Assembly: GCA_028534125.1 (NCBI GenBank)
Contig: CM052818.1
Coordinates: 17,608,001 to 17,672,000, forward strand
Direction of reading: 5' to 3'
From: Lama glama
Taxonomy: Eukaryota
DNA length: 64,000 nucleotides
This document shows, one piece after another, positions 26,162 through 38,880 of this stretch; position 1 is the stretch's first letter; every line of letters starts with the position of its first letter. The notes beneath the pieces are model-generated. The model had not been told where the DNA came from. It searched no databases and worked only from the letters and a program-made list of their open reading frames with translations. Made by a program: the position numbers and the translations under genes.

Positions 26162-26216
26162 TTTTTTTTAACACTTTTTATTGATTTATAATCATTTTAC
26201 AATGTTGTGTCAAATT
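26162..26216 (-). mobile_element. About 55-bp extreme 3' end of the same young L1 family
   Basis: Near-identical to 24760-24815; flanked by imperfect direct repeats tctgtg(ag/ca)acttttt. Confidence 0.8.
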
Positions 26217-27361
26217 TCTGTGCAACTTTTTTATCTAAAAATCACCTGCATGTTTAGTTTACATTCATTTTCTTTATTCGTTAAAATTAGCCATTGTTGC
26301 TAAGTGTTTCCCTTTAAAAGTAAGAAATTGGTTTCTTTTAACTGATGGGATGACTTGAAATATTGAGTTATTTTTCCAGCAGTAAATTAGACACTTTAGA
26401 GTAAGTATAATTGTCTCAGACCATTATGGTATAATTGAGTGTGTTTGTAAATTACTCCAGCAGTTATTTTCAGGATGCCTAATTCTACTTATTTCTCTAT
26501 CTTTAACTCAGTTTTCTTTTTGAAGGGTACCCGCCAAAAGGAAAATAGAATATGGGTGGATAGAGGCAGGAAGCAAAGGTCTGGCCTTAAATGAAACAAT
26601 CTTAAATAAGTGGTAATTACGTAAACAGTCTGTTCATGTTACCGAAATGGTTCTCAATTCTATTCCGTCCTCAGTAAGTAGTTTAAAATATAGTGAATAC
26701 TTATGGGAAACTTCTTGAGCCATTCATTAGAACTAACAGAAATAATGCCTAACTGTAAAATATAAAACTGAATAGTTTTGATTACTTTTCAAAAATCTCA
26801 AGTTAGGGACAGTCAGCTCAGGTCACTGTTTAAAGGCAATCCTGCAACAAGGGCTTCTTAGCTCCCTGACCTTCTAATTTTCCACGTACCCAGTAAGATT
26901 TTAATTGCAATAGATGGTGTCATTTTAAACAGAAGACTACTGAAGCAGTAAAATAAAAAATACTGACTTCAGCCTCTCTCTCTCCCTAGCAATTCCTGAA
27001 ACAATGCATCATCTCTGTGTATGTAGTACTTTAGGAAGAAAGATGAGGGTTTAAAATGATGAAGTAGAAACGTATATGCTTGGTTTGTTTGAAAGTCTAC
27101 AATTTGAGATCATTTCTAAAAACAAGCCTTTCAGATGAGGATAATACATGGTTTATGTATGTAAATGTTACAAAAGGTGAGGATTTATAGGTTGCTTTTT
27201 ATGGTTGTGGTTGTGTTTTTTCCCTTATGAATATATCAGCATTTCTTAAAGGAAAATATTTTATAAATGCTAGTTTTGCCAACTTATATGTAATATATCC
27301 TATATGTGTAATACATAGGATTTGATCAGATCGGTATGATTCTTCTCTTTTTCGTGTTAAA

Positions 27362-27510
27362 ACAAATGTTTTCATTTGAAATAATTTAAATATATAGAAA
27401 TGTTGGAAACATATTAAAGAGAGTTCGCTCTTTATCCAGCTTCCCCTAACAGTAACATTTTATTTAAACATTGTACGTTTGTCAATGTTAAGAAATTAAC
27501 ATTCAGTATG
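27362..27510 (-). mobile_element. Old L1M (L1MC-like) 3' fragment
   Basis: tttgaaataatttaaatatatagaaatgttg...ccagcttcccctaacagtaacatttta...aagaaattaacatt. Confidence 0.65.
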
Positions 27511-29498
27511 CCCTTTGAAAAATGGTTTGCTTCTAGAATTCTTGTGTCATTGATGCCAGTATTATCAGACTACTCGTAGAAATTTTTGATATCACTTGGT
27601 TTGATTCCTACAAATGTTTAAGAGAATTTCTCCCCACTGGGCTACCCAAAATTTCCACTAGACACATTGTCGAGTATTTTAGGAGGAAAAATCATTGTTT
27701 TTTCTTCCCATCCTTATCAATGTTGGTTTTATTTTGAAACTGGTCACAGAATCTCTTTTTCCTTTTTTTTTTTTTTTTTTTTTTTTTGTTTCCTTGAGGA
27801 ATTTGTACTGTTCTCAGCACGGAGCACTCTTCTAAACTTGAGACCTACCCTTACAACTGCCCCAAGTCTTCTTAAATTCAACATGTCCCATTGTGAACAG
27901 GTTATTTTTTGGAATTCGTATCATTTTAAAACATTTTATTTCGATTGATTTATGTAAAGATGTTGTACTCGAGAAAGTTTTACTGTTTTTACTGCTACTG
28001 GGGTGATGAAAACCAACTACTCTAATTTGTGGTACTTCCACTCCCCCATTTGCAAGATGAGGAGTTTGCAGTTCTAATGCTTATGATTTCAGAGTGTGAA
28101 TCAATGTGAATTTCCTTTCAAAGAAAAAGGTTTTATTAAAGAAAAGTAGTCTTAAAAACAGAGACTGCTTTTCATTTTGTTGAATCACCTCCCCTGAATT
28201 GTGAGAAGAATCTGCATTCAGTATTTTCTTAGGGAATTTTCATTTTGAAAGTAGTGGGCGAATAATTTGAGTTATGGCTTGCTTTAATTAGACGGAAAGC
28301 TCCTTTTCCATTTCCATAATGAAGAGTACAGAGGCTCATTAGCATTCTGTGGGCAAGGCTGGTAAATTTCAGGGAGCTAGTGATATGGAATCCTAGGAAC
28401 TCACAATAAGAAACACTGTGGAAGAAATAACATCCTTTCATTTCAACATCATCTTGACAAATGAGAGAAAATTTTGCAGTGTGTGTGTGGTGTCACAAAA
28501 GCAAGCAAAATTCTGTGAAAACAAGGGAAAGGGGGCCCCATTCTGTCTGTTCTCCTTGCGTTCCAAATCCTTCACCTTTACTACGAGACTTTGAAATTAT
28601 TTCAAATCTATTTTTCATACAATGAATGCCAAAAGAGCTAAATTATTTACTGTGTGTGAAAATATTTATTATTGTGTCTAGAAACTCTGATTCCCTTTTT
28701 GATATTCCTAATAAGAACCCTGTGGTGTAAAATCATGGGCTGAATCTATTAAATAATTACCCATGTGAATGCTGTAGCTACCATGTGTATTTTCAGGCTT
28801 TATATCAATAAATATTTTATACAGTGCTGCATATTCTGGACTAAACATCCTTCATCCCCAAGTCAGTTTCAGATTCTTCTCTAAGAAACAAGGTGCACTG
28901 TGGCATCTAATGAAACTGGTAAGGAAAGTGGTAACATAAACAATCAACAGAACAGTCTGAGAAGAATTCTCATCACCAAAAATGATTTATGAAAAAATTA
29001 ATTTAAAAAAAATCAAAGGAGATTCCCAGAGAACAAGACTTTGTAAACATTTTTCTGTAAACGTGAAAAAGAAAGTAGGTCTATTTGGGGAACCAAAGAT
29101 TATATGGGCAAGACAGATTATTTTTATGAATATTCAAAATTAAGATGTAAAACTAATAAAGCTTGTGACTGTCTATAGTCATTTGAAATATTTTGCAGGG
29201 AAATCTTAGACAGAAGGAAATGAAATTAGAACTTTGACATTTACCTTCTTAAGACTTAATATACGGAAGGTGCAGTGACTGAATTCTTTTTTCTGTTTGT
29301 TATCAGCATCTAAATCTAGACAGAACATGGTAGATTCTCTGGGAAACCAGTATTCTGGAGTACAAACTGACAGGTCCAGTGGAGGTTCAGCGTTTACTGC
29401 AATCTTATAATGATAGCTTTGACTCCCAGATTATAGTTAGCTTGAAACACTTCAACTTTAAAGCATTGCCTGGACCCCACAAAGCCTAAGAAGCACTG

Positions 29499-29755
29499 TG
29501 GCTGTTTCCGCGTCTTGGCAATTGTAAGTAGTGCTGCTGTGAACCTGGGGATACTACTCAGCCGTACAATAAGAANNNNNNNNNNNNNNNNNNNNNNNNN
29601 NNNNNNNNNNNNNNNNNNNNNNNNNNNNNNNNNNNNNNNNNNNNNNNNNNNNNNNNNNNNNNNNNNNNNNNNNNNNNNNNNNNNNNNNNNNNNNNNNNNN
29701 NNNNNNNNNNNNNNNAGGAGGTGGGAAGGGATAAAATGGGAGTTCTAAATTTGCA
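29499..29755 (+). mobile_element. Lineage-type L1 with 5' inversion (29499-29550 antisense, 29551 onward sense), spanning a gap
   Basis: ggctgtttccgcgtcttggcaattgtaagtagtgctgctgtgaacctgggg (reverse ORF2 end) abuts atactactcagccg (forward); after the gap gggaagggataaaatgggagttctaaatttgca (forward 3'UTR). Confidence 0.78.
29576..29715. other. Assembly gap (140 N)
   Basis: N run. Confidence 1.
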
Positions 29756-29913
29756 CCTCCTGGGGAGCGATGGAAATGTGAACTCTCTTGACTGTGGTGG
29801 TGGTTTCATAGGTGTATGCATCTATCAAAATGCATCAAATTGTACATCTGAAATATGTGTAGTTTACTGTACAGGAATCATACCACAATAAAGGTGTTTA
29901 AAAAGAAAAAGAA
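29756..29913 (+). mobile_element. Old L1M (L1MB/MC-like) 3' terminus with AATAAA and A-rich tail
   Basis: gatggaaatg...cttgactgtggtggtggtttcataggtgtat...tcaaaatgcatcaaattgtaca...caataaag. Confidence 0.8.
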
Positions 29914-30098
29914 CTAGGGAGAGTAAAGAGGGGCAAGGTCATGAGGTGTGGTAATCTCACACTTCTCATCAACTTTTTTCATTATGGCCACATGATGTAA
30001 GGCCTCGATTCTGTTTCAGCAGCTTTGGAACACGTTCAGCACCCTTAGTGTCTTTCCTGGCTAATCACCTATTATATATTTTGTTCTTTCATTGGGAA

Positions 30099-30571
30099 TT
30101 TCTACTGGGAAAAAAAAAGCACAACATGAGAGCTGTGAGTTTCAGTTTTATTTGGGACTTACTGAGAACCGTAGCTGGGAGACAGCCTCTCAGATAGCTC
30201 CGAGAAACCGCTCTGAAGAGGTAGGCAGGGAGCCAGTATGACTGTGAATTTGGTGAAGGGGTGCATACAATCAAGTGTACACCTCGGCAGAAGGCTGCTG
30301 ATAGTCACAAGGGATAGATATCTCACTTAACGGTTTTAGTGCTTTTCTAAGTACGGGAAGATATGAGAATCCAGTTTCGTAAAATTTTCCCCTGAAAATA
30401 TCTACCTATGTGAGAGCCTGTTCTGCCAGTTTTCCCAAAGCACAGAGCGCCTCGCTCATTCCTGATCTCAGCTCTGAACTCTTTTCAGGGTGTGCTCTAG
30501 GTCAATGACTACTATGGCTAAGGACTCAATTCTTGTAGAACCAGGTGGCAAGTGACATTCCTTAGTTGGCA
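30099..30571 (-). mobile_element. Cetartiodactyl MER41-like ERV1 solo LTR
   Basis: acttactgagaac...gggagacagcctctcagatagctccgag...ctgttctgccagttttcccaaagcacagagcgcctc...tgaactcttttcagggtgtg...ttagttggca; about 470 bp, near full length. Confidence 0.72.
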
Positions 30572-31957
30572 GGGGTAGTGATTACCATTTAAAATTTATG
30601 GTAAACGGGGTAGAATTAACTCTGGGAAAAGTATGCCTGCCTTCTAGAAAGATTTCGTCAGATAACTCGTTTTACCCTTTTTAATTAAAGTGACTGAGAA
30701 ACGGCTTTTATTTGTTTTACCTTGTATTGTTTGGTGGAAGATATTCAAGGACAGGAAAATCCTCTGCTAGACACTTTCCTATTCTGTGCCTTAAGCTTTG
30801 GTGTTTAAGGGGGGTGAAGTCTTTGCTGCTACGAGAGAGCTCAGTCCTAGACACGGTTTAGTTGGCTAGCCCTGGAGCAGAGCTGGTCTGATGAATTGTC
30901 TTACTAAGACTTGTACATTTTGTAATGCTCCTTTTCTTTTAACCCCCTTGCTAGTATTTTGAAACCCAAGACCTATTTCCCATCTCACTGGGTGAGACAT
31001 TAGTCCCACTTGCTTATGCCTGGAATACCTCCATCACTGGTCTTCTTTGTGAAATGGACTGAGACCCCTTGTCGCTTCCCAAACATAGATGGGGGAACCC
31101 TTTTCTTACCTTTTCTCCTTCCTCCTGCTCATTCTTTCCTTTACAGTTTCCTGCTTGCTTTGCCTCTTTTCTTCTGCTTTAGCATCCAACAGAAGTCTGC
31201 TACTGACATCTACTACTTTCTTCTGCCCCATTTGTGTTACTTAAGAATCAAACTTTGACCAGAACATTGGTACAAAATTGCTAAGAGACTAGCCGTTATT
31301 TTTAGACCTCTTGGAAGTCCGGAGAATCCACTGGGTTCTGTGACATTGAAAGGAGATATATTGAGCACAGCTTAATTCTTAGATGAATGCAGTTTTGCAG
31401 AATTTTAAGAATAGAAAGTAAGATTACTCATCATAGGAAGAGCTAACTGGATGGAAACTACAGAATCCTCAGGGTATATGTATTAGAAATTTAATCTGTA
31501 GAAACTCCTTGACACTTCCTTTTTGTTTGTCTTGTTTTGTTTATATTTCGTTTTAATTTTCTCCTTTAAATCAAGGGCATAATATTTGTTGCTGCTGAAA
31601 TTTTTAGTTATTGGGTGTCTTTATCCTTAGGATGCAGTATTCCAGGAGGCATAACAGAAGGGTTGGCAAAATGGTATCACTAGTAACAACCTGTCAGGTG
31701 ACAGTTTCCTTACTTCAAATTAAGGTGAAATAGTCAATATTCTAACTACCTTTAAACCACCAATTGTTTTAGGTAAAAACTATCACATTTAGTTGAAAAA
31801 TAACTTGTTTGGAACCAATAAATTCTACTTCATTGATAAAGCATCAGGCCCTGTATACTGTCATTTAATCTTTGACTGTCAGCAAGCCATTTTATGAAAT
31901 CAAAGATTATTATATTTATGTATGTATGCATGTATTGTGTATCTATATATTTTAACA

Positions 31958-32252
31958 CATTTTATTTTTAGATAATTATAGATTCACAGATCGTTGCAAA
32001 GAAAGGTACAGGGAAGTCCCCTGCACCTTTTATCCAACTTCCCCCCATGTTAACATCTCACAAAACTATAGTTAAATATCAAAACCAGAATATTGATATC
32101 ACTATGAATCATAGAGCTTATTCAGATTTCACACGTTATAGATGCATTTATGTGTGTGTGTGTGTGCATGTGTGTCTAGGTGTGTCTGTGTAGATCTGTG
32201 CAATTTCATCAACGTGTATAGCTTCTTGTAACCACCATCAAAATCAAGAGTC
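31958..32252 (-). mobile_element. Old L1M (L1MC-like) 3' end with an embedded (TG)n
   Basis: ataattatagattcacag...aatatcaaaaccagaatattgat...cttattcagatttcac...gtaaccaccatcaaaatcaaga. Confidence 0.8.
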
Positions 32253-33457
32253 TTACCCGTTTCCCAATGTTCATTAACATTTTAAAGGAACCTAAGGGGA
32301 TCATCTACTGTAACCTACTTATATTGGGTGGGGAGTGATTTGCCCCAGGTCGATGGGTTAGATAATGATTGAACTCCTAGCTGAATCTCAGAATGTTATG
32401 TCCTATCCTAGGCCAGTTTCAGGCATCCCACTTCACATTTCCAATTTTATAAAGTAGGCAGTTGTTCTACAAGTTTGAAGATAAGAGAATTGAAGCAAAC
32501 ACAAGTTTTAAAATAATTGTGTTGACCAATTTCATCACAATTCTGTATTTTTAACAAATATGATATTCTAATTTTATCACTGGATGCATAATGGGTTATG
32601 GGAACATTAACTGTCGATGTGAGCATTAGATTGATATTTCAGACAGAGCATGTATATGTTGGAGGTAATCTGTGTGGCTTCATAGGAACTCAACATGGTT
32701 GCTAAGTGGGAGAAGGTAGTTAGTTGTTATCTGTAAAGGATCCAAGAGATTTAGCTACAGATTAAATAATCTGTACTCTTCACCCAAAGAATTGAATGTC
32801 TACTCCCTCGCAGTCACACTCAAATGCATGGAATAATTTATGAAATCTTTTTCCTTTCCAGATTACCGTTTATGCTGACTTTAATTTAGTTACCTCTTGT
32901 AAAACTATTGAGGTGAAGTTTGGGGGAATTTGGAAACTTGTGGAGGGGGGTGTCACAGCATCTGATTTAATGCACTCACCTGTTCCATATCCTCTTTGGA
33001 ACCATTTTCAGTGCTACTCGCTTTGTGAATAAATCTGGTAATGGAAGAGTAGAACAGAAATTATTTGGAAATAGTGTAGGATCAAAGACTTTTCTACTAT
33101 ATCAGCATCACAGAAATGAGAGATGTAAAAGGCCCATTAGCTGATTTGCCCTATTTCCATGGAAATTGCAGTGAACATTTTTCAAAAGACTTAAATCAAT
33201 TTTTGTTTAAAATAAATAGGAATTCAATGTAGATTCTTGTTAGAACTTGAAACTGCTGCTTGTTATGTTTTCCGGGTTGTTTTTCTTTTTAGATCTACTT
33301 GACAGTTTGCATAGCTAATTACTGTGTTTTCATTTGTGTGATTCCAACACTGCTGTAGCCTTTTTAGAAGGGGGAGGGGAGGGGAGTGCTACCCTACTTT
33401 TAAGGTACATCAACTAGCTGTTAAATCAAGGACTGTGAAGAGGGTGGAGAGAATGAT

Positions 33458-33476
33458 TGTGTGTGTGTGTGTGTGT
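33458..33476. repeat. (TG)n microsatellite
   Basis: About 9 TG units. Confidence 0.9.
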
Positions 33477-34989
33477 TGGGAAGATGGGTCACAGTCAAAG
33501 CAGCAAAGTGGACTTTAAATTACTAGGCTTTGGTAGCTGATTAACACTTTGGTGAAGGTTTTGTCAGTAACCAAATGCAGGTGATAATGGGGTCCCTTGT
33601 GGCCTCATTTTATGTAGGACACTTTGTATCATGATGGAACAGTTACAGCAAAAGTTTTTGCTAAGAAAACTAAAGAATATACACTCTTAGAAATCTAGCT
33701 CTTTTTTTTGTTAGTAAATGGTTTTTTAATATTGGCTTAATTTGCATAGTGCATTTTAGAGAGAAGAAGCCTTATAATCTGAAGAGAATCTGTTAAGAAT
33801 TATTTCTTATACCAAATAGGTAACTTTAAAACTTCCCAATTTTAATGTTTGTAGATTCCATTTATGGAGGAAAAATGTTTTTTTCAAGCATCACTGCTTT
33901 TATGGCCAATTAATCATGAGTCCATTGTTCTGGTTTTGGAATTTAGAAGCATGAACTGAACCATTTAAGAACAATTGAGATACTGATGGTTCAAATGAGA
34001 TGAAATTATTTCTTGTGTATGTCTGTTTTTGTTGGTGGTGGTAGCATTGCTTTTTGTGGGGAGAGGTGTTTGATTTAATGACTAGACTTACACACTTTAA
34101 TTTTCTTTCTTACATTATAGGATGAGACCCTTTTAAAAAGATCTTCCACAATTCATTAGACTGAAAGTTTGCTTTAACTGATCATCCTTAAATAATCACC
34201 ATGCTTCTTTAAAGATACGACCATTTTGAATGAGGAAATTAATGTGAAATTGAGTAGAAAATTTTTATAGCTATTCAGGAATACAACTCTTTGTTTGTAA
34301 CAATGACAAAAATTATTATTGTTGATTTTATGTATACAGCTTCCCTTAAAGCAGCCAAACTTGTGAGACTGGCTATCTAAGAGTTAGTAATGATTGACCA
34401 GATTTCCACATTTGAATAGGAAGATAGATAGATAGGTAGGTAGGTAGAATTTTTTGGTTTCTGGTTGCTATAAGCAACAGAGACAGTTATTTTTAAACCT
34501 TTCATGACACAATGAATGGCAAACATTGTGTGCCTAGTGATTTGAACCTCCACATATGAACTCGGTTAAATGCTTGAGAGCTAAGATGAAACTCGTACAC
34601 ATTCTTGCAAACCATTGCCATGGCAACCTACTTAAAATTTCCAAGGTCTGTCTCCCTGGATTTGCACCTGCAGTTAGCTTATTGTGAAACAAAAAGAAGG
34701 CTTTCCAGCTTGAAAATGCTTTGGAATGGTTGGGAGTATGTTTCGAAATAAAGTGGAGTTTAAAAGTTGAAAAGCAAAATAGAACATTCAGGGAGAAAGT
34801 GTATTTGCATTCTTCATGCAATATTTAGCTTTTTTTTCTCCTCCTACTTTGCATATTATTCTAGGGTAGGGCAAATGTGGATAGTCTACCTATTGTGGTT
34901 ATTAGGATATTGGGGTTTTGTCCACTTTAGTGTTAAACTTACAGCCTCAAATTAACAAATTTGCATGTTTTGTATAATACTAATGAAGG

Positions 34990-35185
34990 TGAGAATAGCT
35001 AAGATTTATTTAGTGTTTATTATGCACCTCAAATAATGTTGAACACTTCATCGATCATGATTTTCTTAATTTTTACAACTGCACTGCCAAGACTGGTACT
35101 GCATCCTTCTCACTTTATAAATAAGAGGTTAAGCAAATCACTCAAGATCTAACAACTCCAGATTTACACTCCAGTGTCCATGCAC
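34990..35185 (-). mobile_element. MIR SINE (degenerate)
   Basis: aatagctaagatttatttagtgtttattatgcac...cactttataaataagaggttaagcaaatcactcaagat. Confidence 0.6.
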
Positions 35186-35616
35186 CGAGTCCCTGGGGAG
35201 CAGTGTTGCAAATCCCACAATCAGCACTAGCACTCCTCAATTTGTCAAGTGAAAAGCTGGTCCTAGGAAAACAGGAAAGTAACCACCACAGAGAATCTCT
35301 CTCTCCACTCAGGATAACCGGAGTGAACACATGCATTCTGGGTAAATGTAGCTGAACCCTTGCCTGGCAACCTCAGGTTCTACCTATAAGCACAACCCAA
35401 TGTACCCCCTCTCCCCAGCCCTCGTCTTTTAGGTAGCAGAGTGGTCAGACACAATAAGGCAGCCACCTTCCTTATTACATTGCTCATCCCCCTCCCTGCA
35501 AACGCAGGGGAGCACAAAGGAGGTTTGGCTTCTGTTTGACTAGATCTTGAAAAATAGAGATTGAGGTATTTGGAGTCTAGTTCCAATAGGGTTTCTTGGA
35601 CTTAATGAAATAAGAA

Positions 35617-35692
35617 AATGATCACAGTAAAAATTTTATTTAAGAATCATTTATTTAAGATCATTCTATTTAAGAATGATCATAGTAAAAAT
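35617..35692. repeat. Nested local duplications
   Basis: TATTTAAGA three times at 15-bp period (35637, 35652, 35667), bracketed by aatgatca(c/t)agtaaaaat twice (35617, 35675). Confidence 0.75.
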
Positions 35693-37424
35693 ATTACCTG
35701 GTGGCCCAGTTACCAATAAATGTACTAGCTTCATAAGGAACTCTGCATTCTGGGGAGGCTAACAAGTCCTGGGTATTTTAAGCCATGAGCTTCACTGAGG
35801 GCCCTAAGGCTCCTGGGCTTTCTTGTTTGACACCCTCTCTGACCCTGTTTCTCTTATAGCCAATTTATTATTTATTAAGATATTTACAGACCCTTGATAA
35901 TCTAGACTTCCAGCTTAAAGCGGATATAAAGGTGCATATTTGAAAAGGGAGAAGAGCATGCATAAAGCCTGACAGTGATAGACAAACGAGAAAAACTAGG
36001 AAAAGTTAGGCGTCATCTAAAAAGTAAGAGAGTAGCTTGACGACCTGTGGAGCAGGGCAGTCGATACTGTTCTCTTTCGGTGTCTGAGGTCACTGCGATG
36101 TTGCAAGCTCTACTGATGCACATAACGTTGCCAAACCACCAAGAATAGCTTGTCTTCTGAACTTTCTGTTTACCCAGTGACACTTACATAATTCCAAAAG
36201 ATCTCATAATGACCCATGCCATATTTTTGTGTGAACAGAAGGCTTATTTCCTGTCCCTAATCAGCAGGTGTCCCAGTAATGAGGATGAAGGGAAGGTTGT
36301 GTTGAGGAGGAGAGGGGCACATCCTGGTAGAGAGGCGTGATAGCAGCTTCGAGGAAACATGTCAGGACTGAGCAGAACTGATTGTAAACGCAAGGTGGGA
36401 GAGAGAAGAGCTACCCAGCAGAGGATGTGGTTAATCACTTGCCATCTAAGTGTTTTACTTGTGATCTTTACTTATCCCAAAGTTTTTAATAGCAAAAAAA
36501 AAAAAAGGGTGAATAGTAGTTGAAGTAGTCATTAGCAGTGGTATAACTAAATAAAATACTCACATACCTGTGGGAAGACTTCAGGCTCAGATGCCACTTA
36601 ATGAAATATATACACAAATGAAGACTCTCTCATAAGGCTCCCAATCCTCAACAGATGACGGTTTGCAAAATTCCCCCCTAGCATCTGCACATGTATTCTT
36701 CAGACAGTCCTTAGTGGGCTTTGCACGGGCTGCTGAGTACTCACCGGTCTGGTAGCCCCAGGTGATGTCAGAAGGCACCATTCCCTGGGATTTCTCAAAG
36801 TCCTTGCTTAAATTTTTAAATAAAACCTAGGAAAGGATTGAGAATGACAAATCATGCTTGAGAAGTTGGGGGAAGGTAGCAAATTAATCCGCTGCTCTTT
36901 TTGTCTTGTCTTCTATATCCAAACATGAAACCAGGGGCAACAGAAGGAGTAGGTACCAGGGAGGGCCAGGAGGTCAACATCCACTCCTGAGCTAGACACT
37001 GTGGGTGCCGTGACTTGGTGCTGCACACTTGAACGTGCCAACTTAAAGTTTCCCTCTCTTTATCCATAAGGGAACTGAAATAGGTTACTTAAGTCTCTGA
37101 ACTGTGAAACAATAGAATTTGATGAGCGCTTGGTCACATCCTGCAGCTAGGGAGAGAAAAGAAACCCCTTGGCTTTTCAATACACTGGTAATGTTACAAT
37201 ATTTTTTCTAGGTGTTTTAAAAAAGTGCTCTCAAATATGTGATTTACTCAGTTTACAGGAGATACGAATTTAAGCCAGGAAATTGCCCTTCCTTTGTGAA
37301 AAGCATGTCTTTGTCTAAAGATCTCAGGAGTCCAGTGCTAGGAATAAATTTGCCTTTCCATGTTGCCAGGAGAGCAAAGTGAGAATGTGTACAGAGCCAG
37401 CTGTGTCTATATGGTGGACCCTCA

Positions 37425-37655
37425 AGAGCATCTTCTGAGTGCCAGCCACTGTGCTAGACCATGTGCCTCTCTAGCCCTAGAGAATTGTAGATTCATAAAC
37501 ATCCTGCTAAATGGGTGTAAGTAATTTCATTTTTACCTAGGAAGTAACTTAAAGAAGGTAGAATATTTGCCTAACGCCACACAGCTAATAAGTGGCAGAG
37601 CTGGGATTTCGGCATAGTCTGTCTGGTTCTAACACCCATGTTCCTTCCATGTTCA
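37425..37655 (-). mobile_element. MIR SINE
   Basis: tttgcctaacgccacacagctaataagtggcagagctgggattt...tctgtctggttctaacacccatgttc. Confidence 0.75.
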
Positions 37656-38780
37656 GTGGTCTAAGAAAGATTTTCTGCTCATAGGAAGCCTTAAAGAGAG
37701 ATCTTCTGAATCATACACAACCTTCATTTCATATATCTGAAGTTCTCCACACTATTCAGGGCAGGGATGTCTGGTTTCCTTTTATATTCCTCCTCCGCAT
37801 AAGCCTTTATTAATCAAAAGTATTCAGTAGATAATTGTGAATGGATTAATGAATGTGTGAATGCATGGAAGAATCAATCAAAAGATAGCAATTTCACTGA
37901 TTTCTGGGGCTGAATTTGATGGCTGGTCTCTGCCAGCCTTTATCTTCATGCAGTTTATTTCGGGAAAAAGATCAAAGTTTCATCCGGTAGCTAGATTTTG
38001 AGGGAAAATGTTATAAAGGTAGAGTTTCCTTATAATTAAATGCAAGTATTTACAGTGTAAGATGATTGCAGTCAAGTTCAGAGGAGGCTGGGAGAACTGG
38101 AGGAATATTATATAGGAAAAACAGCCCAGAATGACAGTCAACGGTTTTTCTCAGTCCTTTCTATAAAGCGGGCTATATCTTCTTGCTGTCTCAAAGGACG
38201 GGAATGCTTCATAAAAGCAGGCTGACCAACTCACTGCAAGACATTTTTAGCTTTTCCTTCCTTCTAACTTTCAGTCATTCTCTCTTTGCCGTTAAAGATA
38301 ATGGCACTTTTTGCTATTTCTCCACCATAAATTTCCAGCCATGAGGCATAATGTAAAAACCAGTTATAAAGTTTCATTGTCACTTCTAGAGATGGTAGAA
38401 GGCAGATAAAATCTTTGAAAAAGTGTGATTTTTGCCACAATTCTCATCTCCAACTCTTAGGAGTTAGGCGCCTAGAAAATAATCTATACTTGTTCACTCT
38501 TATTTTGAGATTTAATGAGCTGTTATAAATGAGCAATTGTGACAAACATATACCTGGATGTAGTGAACTTAGAGAGGATGACCATCGGGAGTGAGATTAT
38601 TTGAAATGATTCCATCAATTCAAGTGTCACATGTAATATTTCTTCTATTTTTAAAGTCAAGATGCATCCTTCACTCAGTTTACTAATTCTGTTTTCACAA
38701 TCATAATTCTTTTCATAAAATGCTTATTTAAATTGCAGATATTTAAAGAGGAGAAGCCAGGTTTTAAAGCAGGATAACAT

Positions 38781-38880
38781 TTTTTCCATCTTTATTGAAG
38801 CGTAATTGGCAAATAAAAATTATTGAATGTGTATGACTTGATGTTTTAATATACACATACTTTGCGAAATACCGCCATCA
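38781..38880 (-). mobile_element. L1MA-like 3' end fragment
   Basis: ctttattgaagcgtaattggcaaataaaaatt...tgatgttttaatatacacatactttgcgaaat. Confidence 0.6.
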
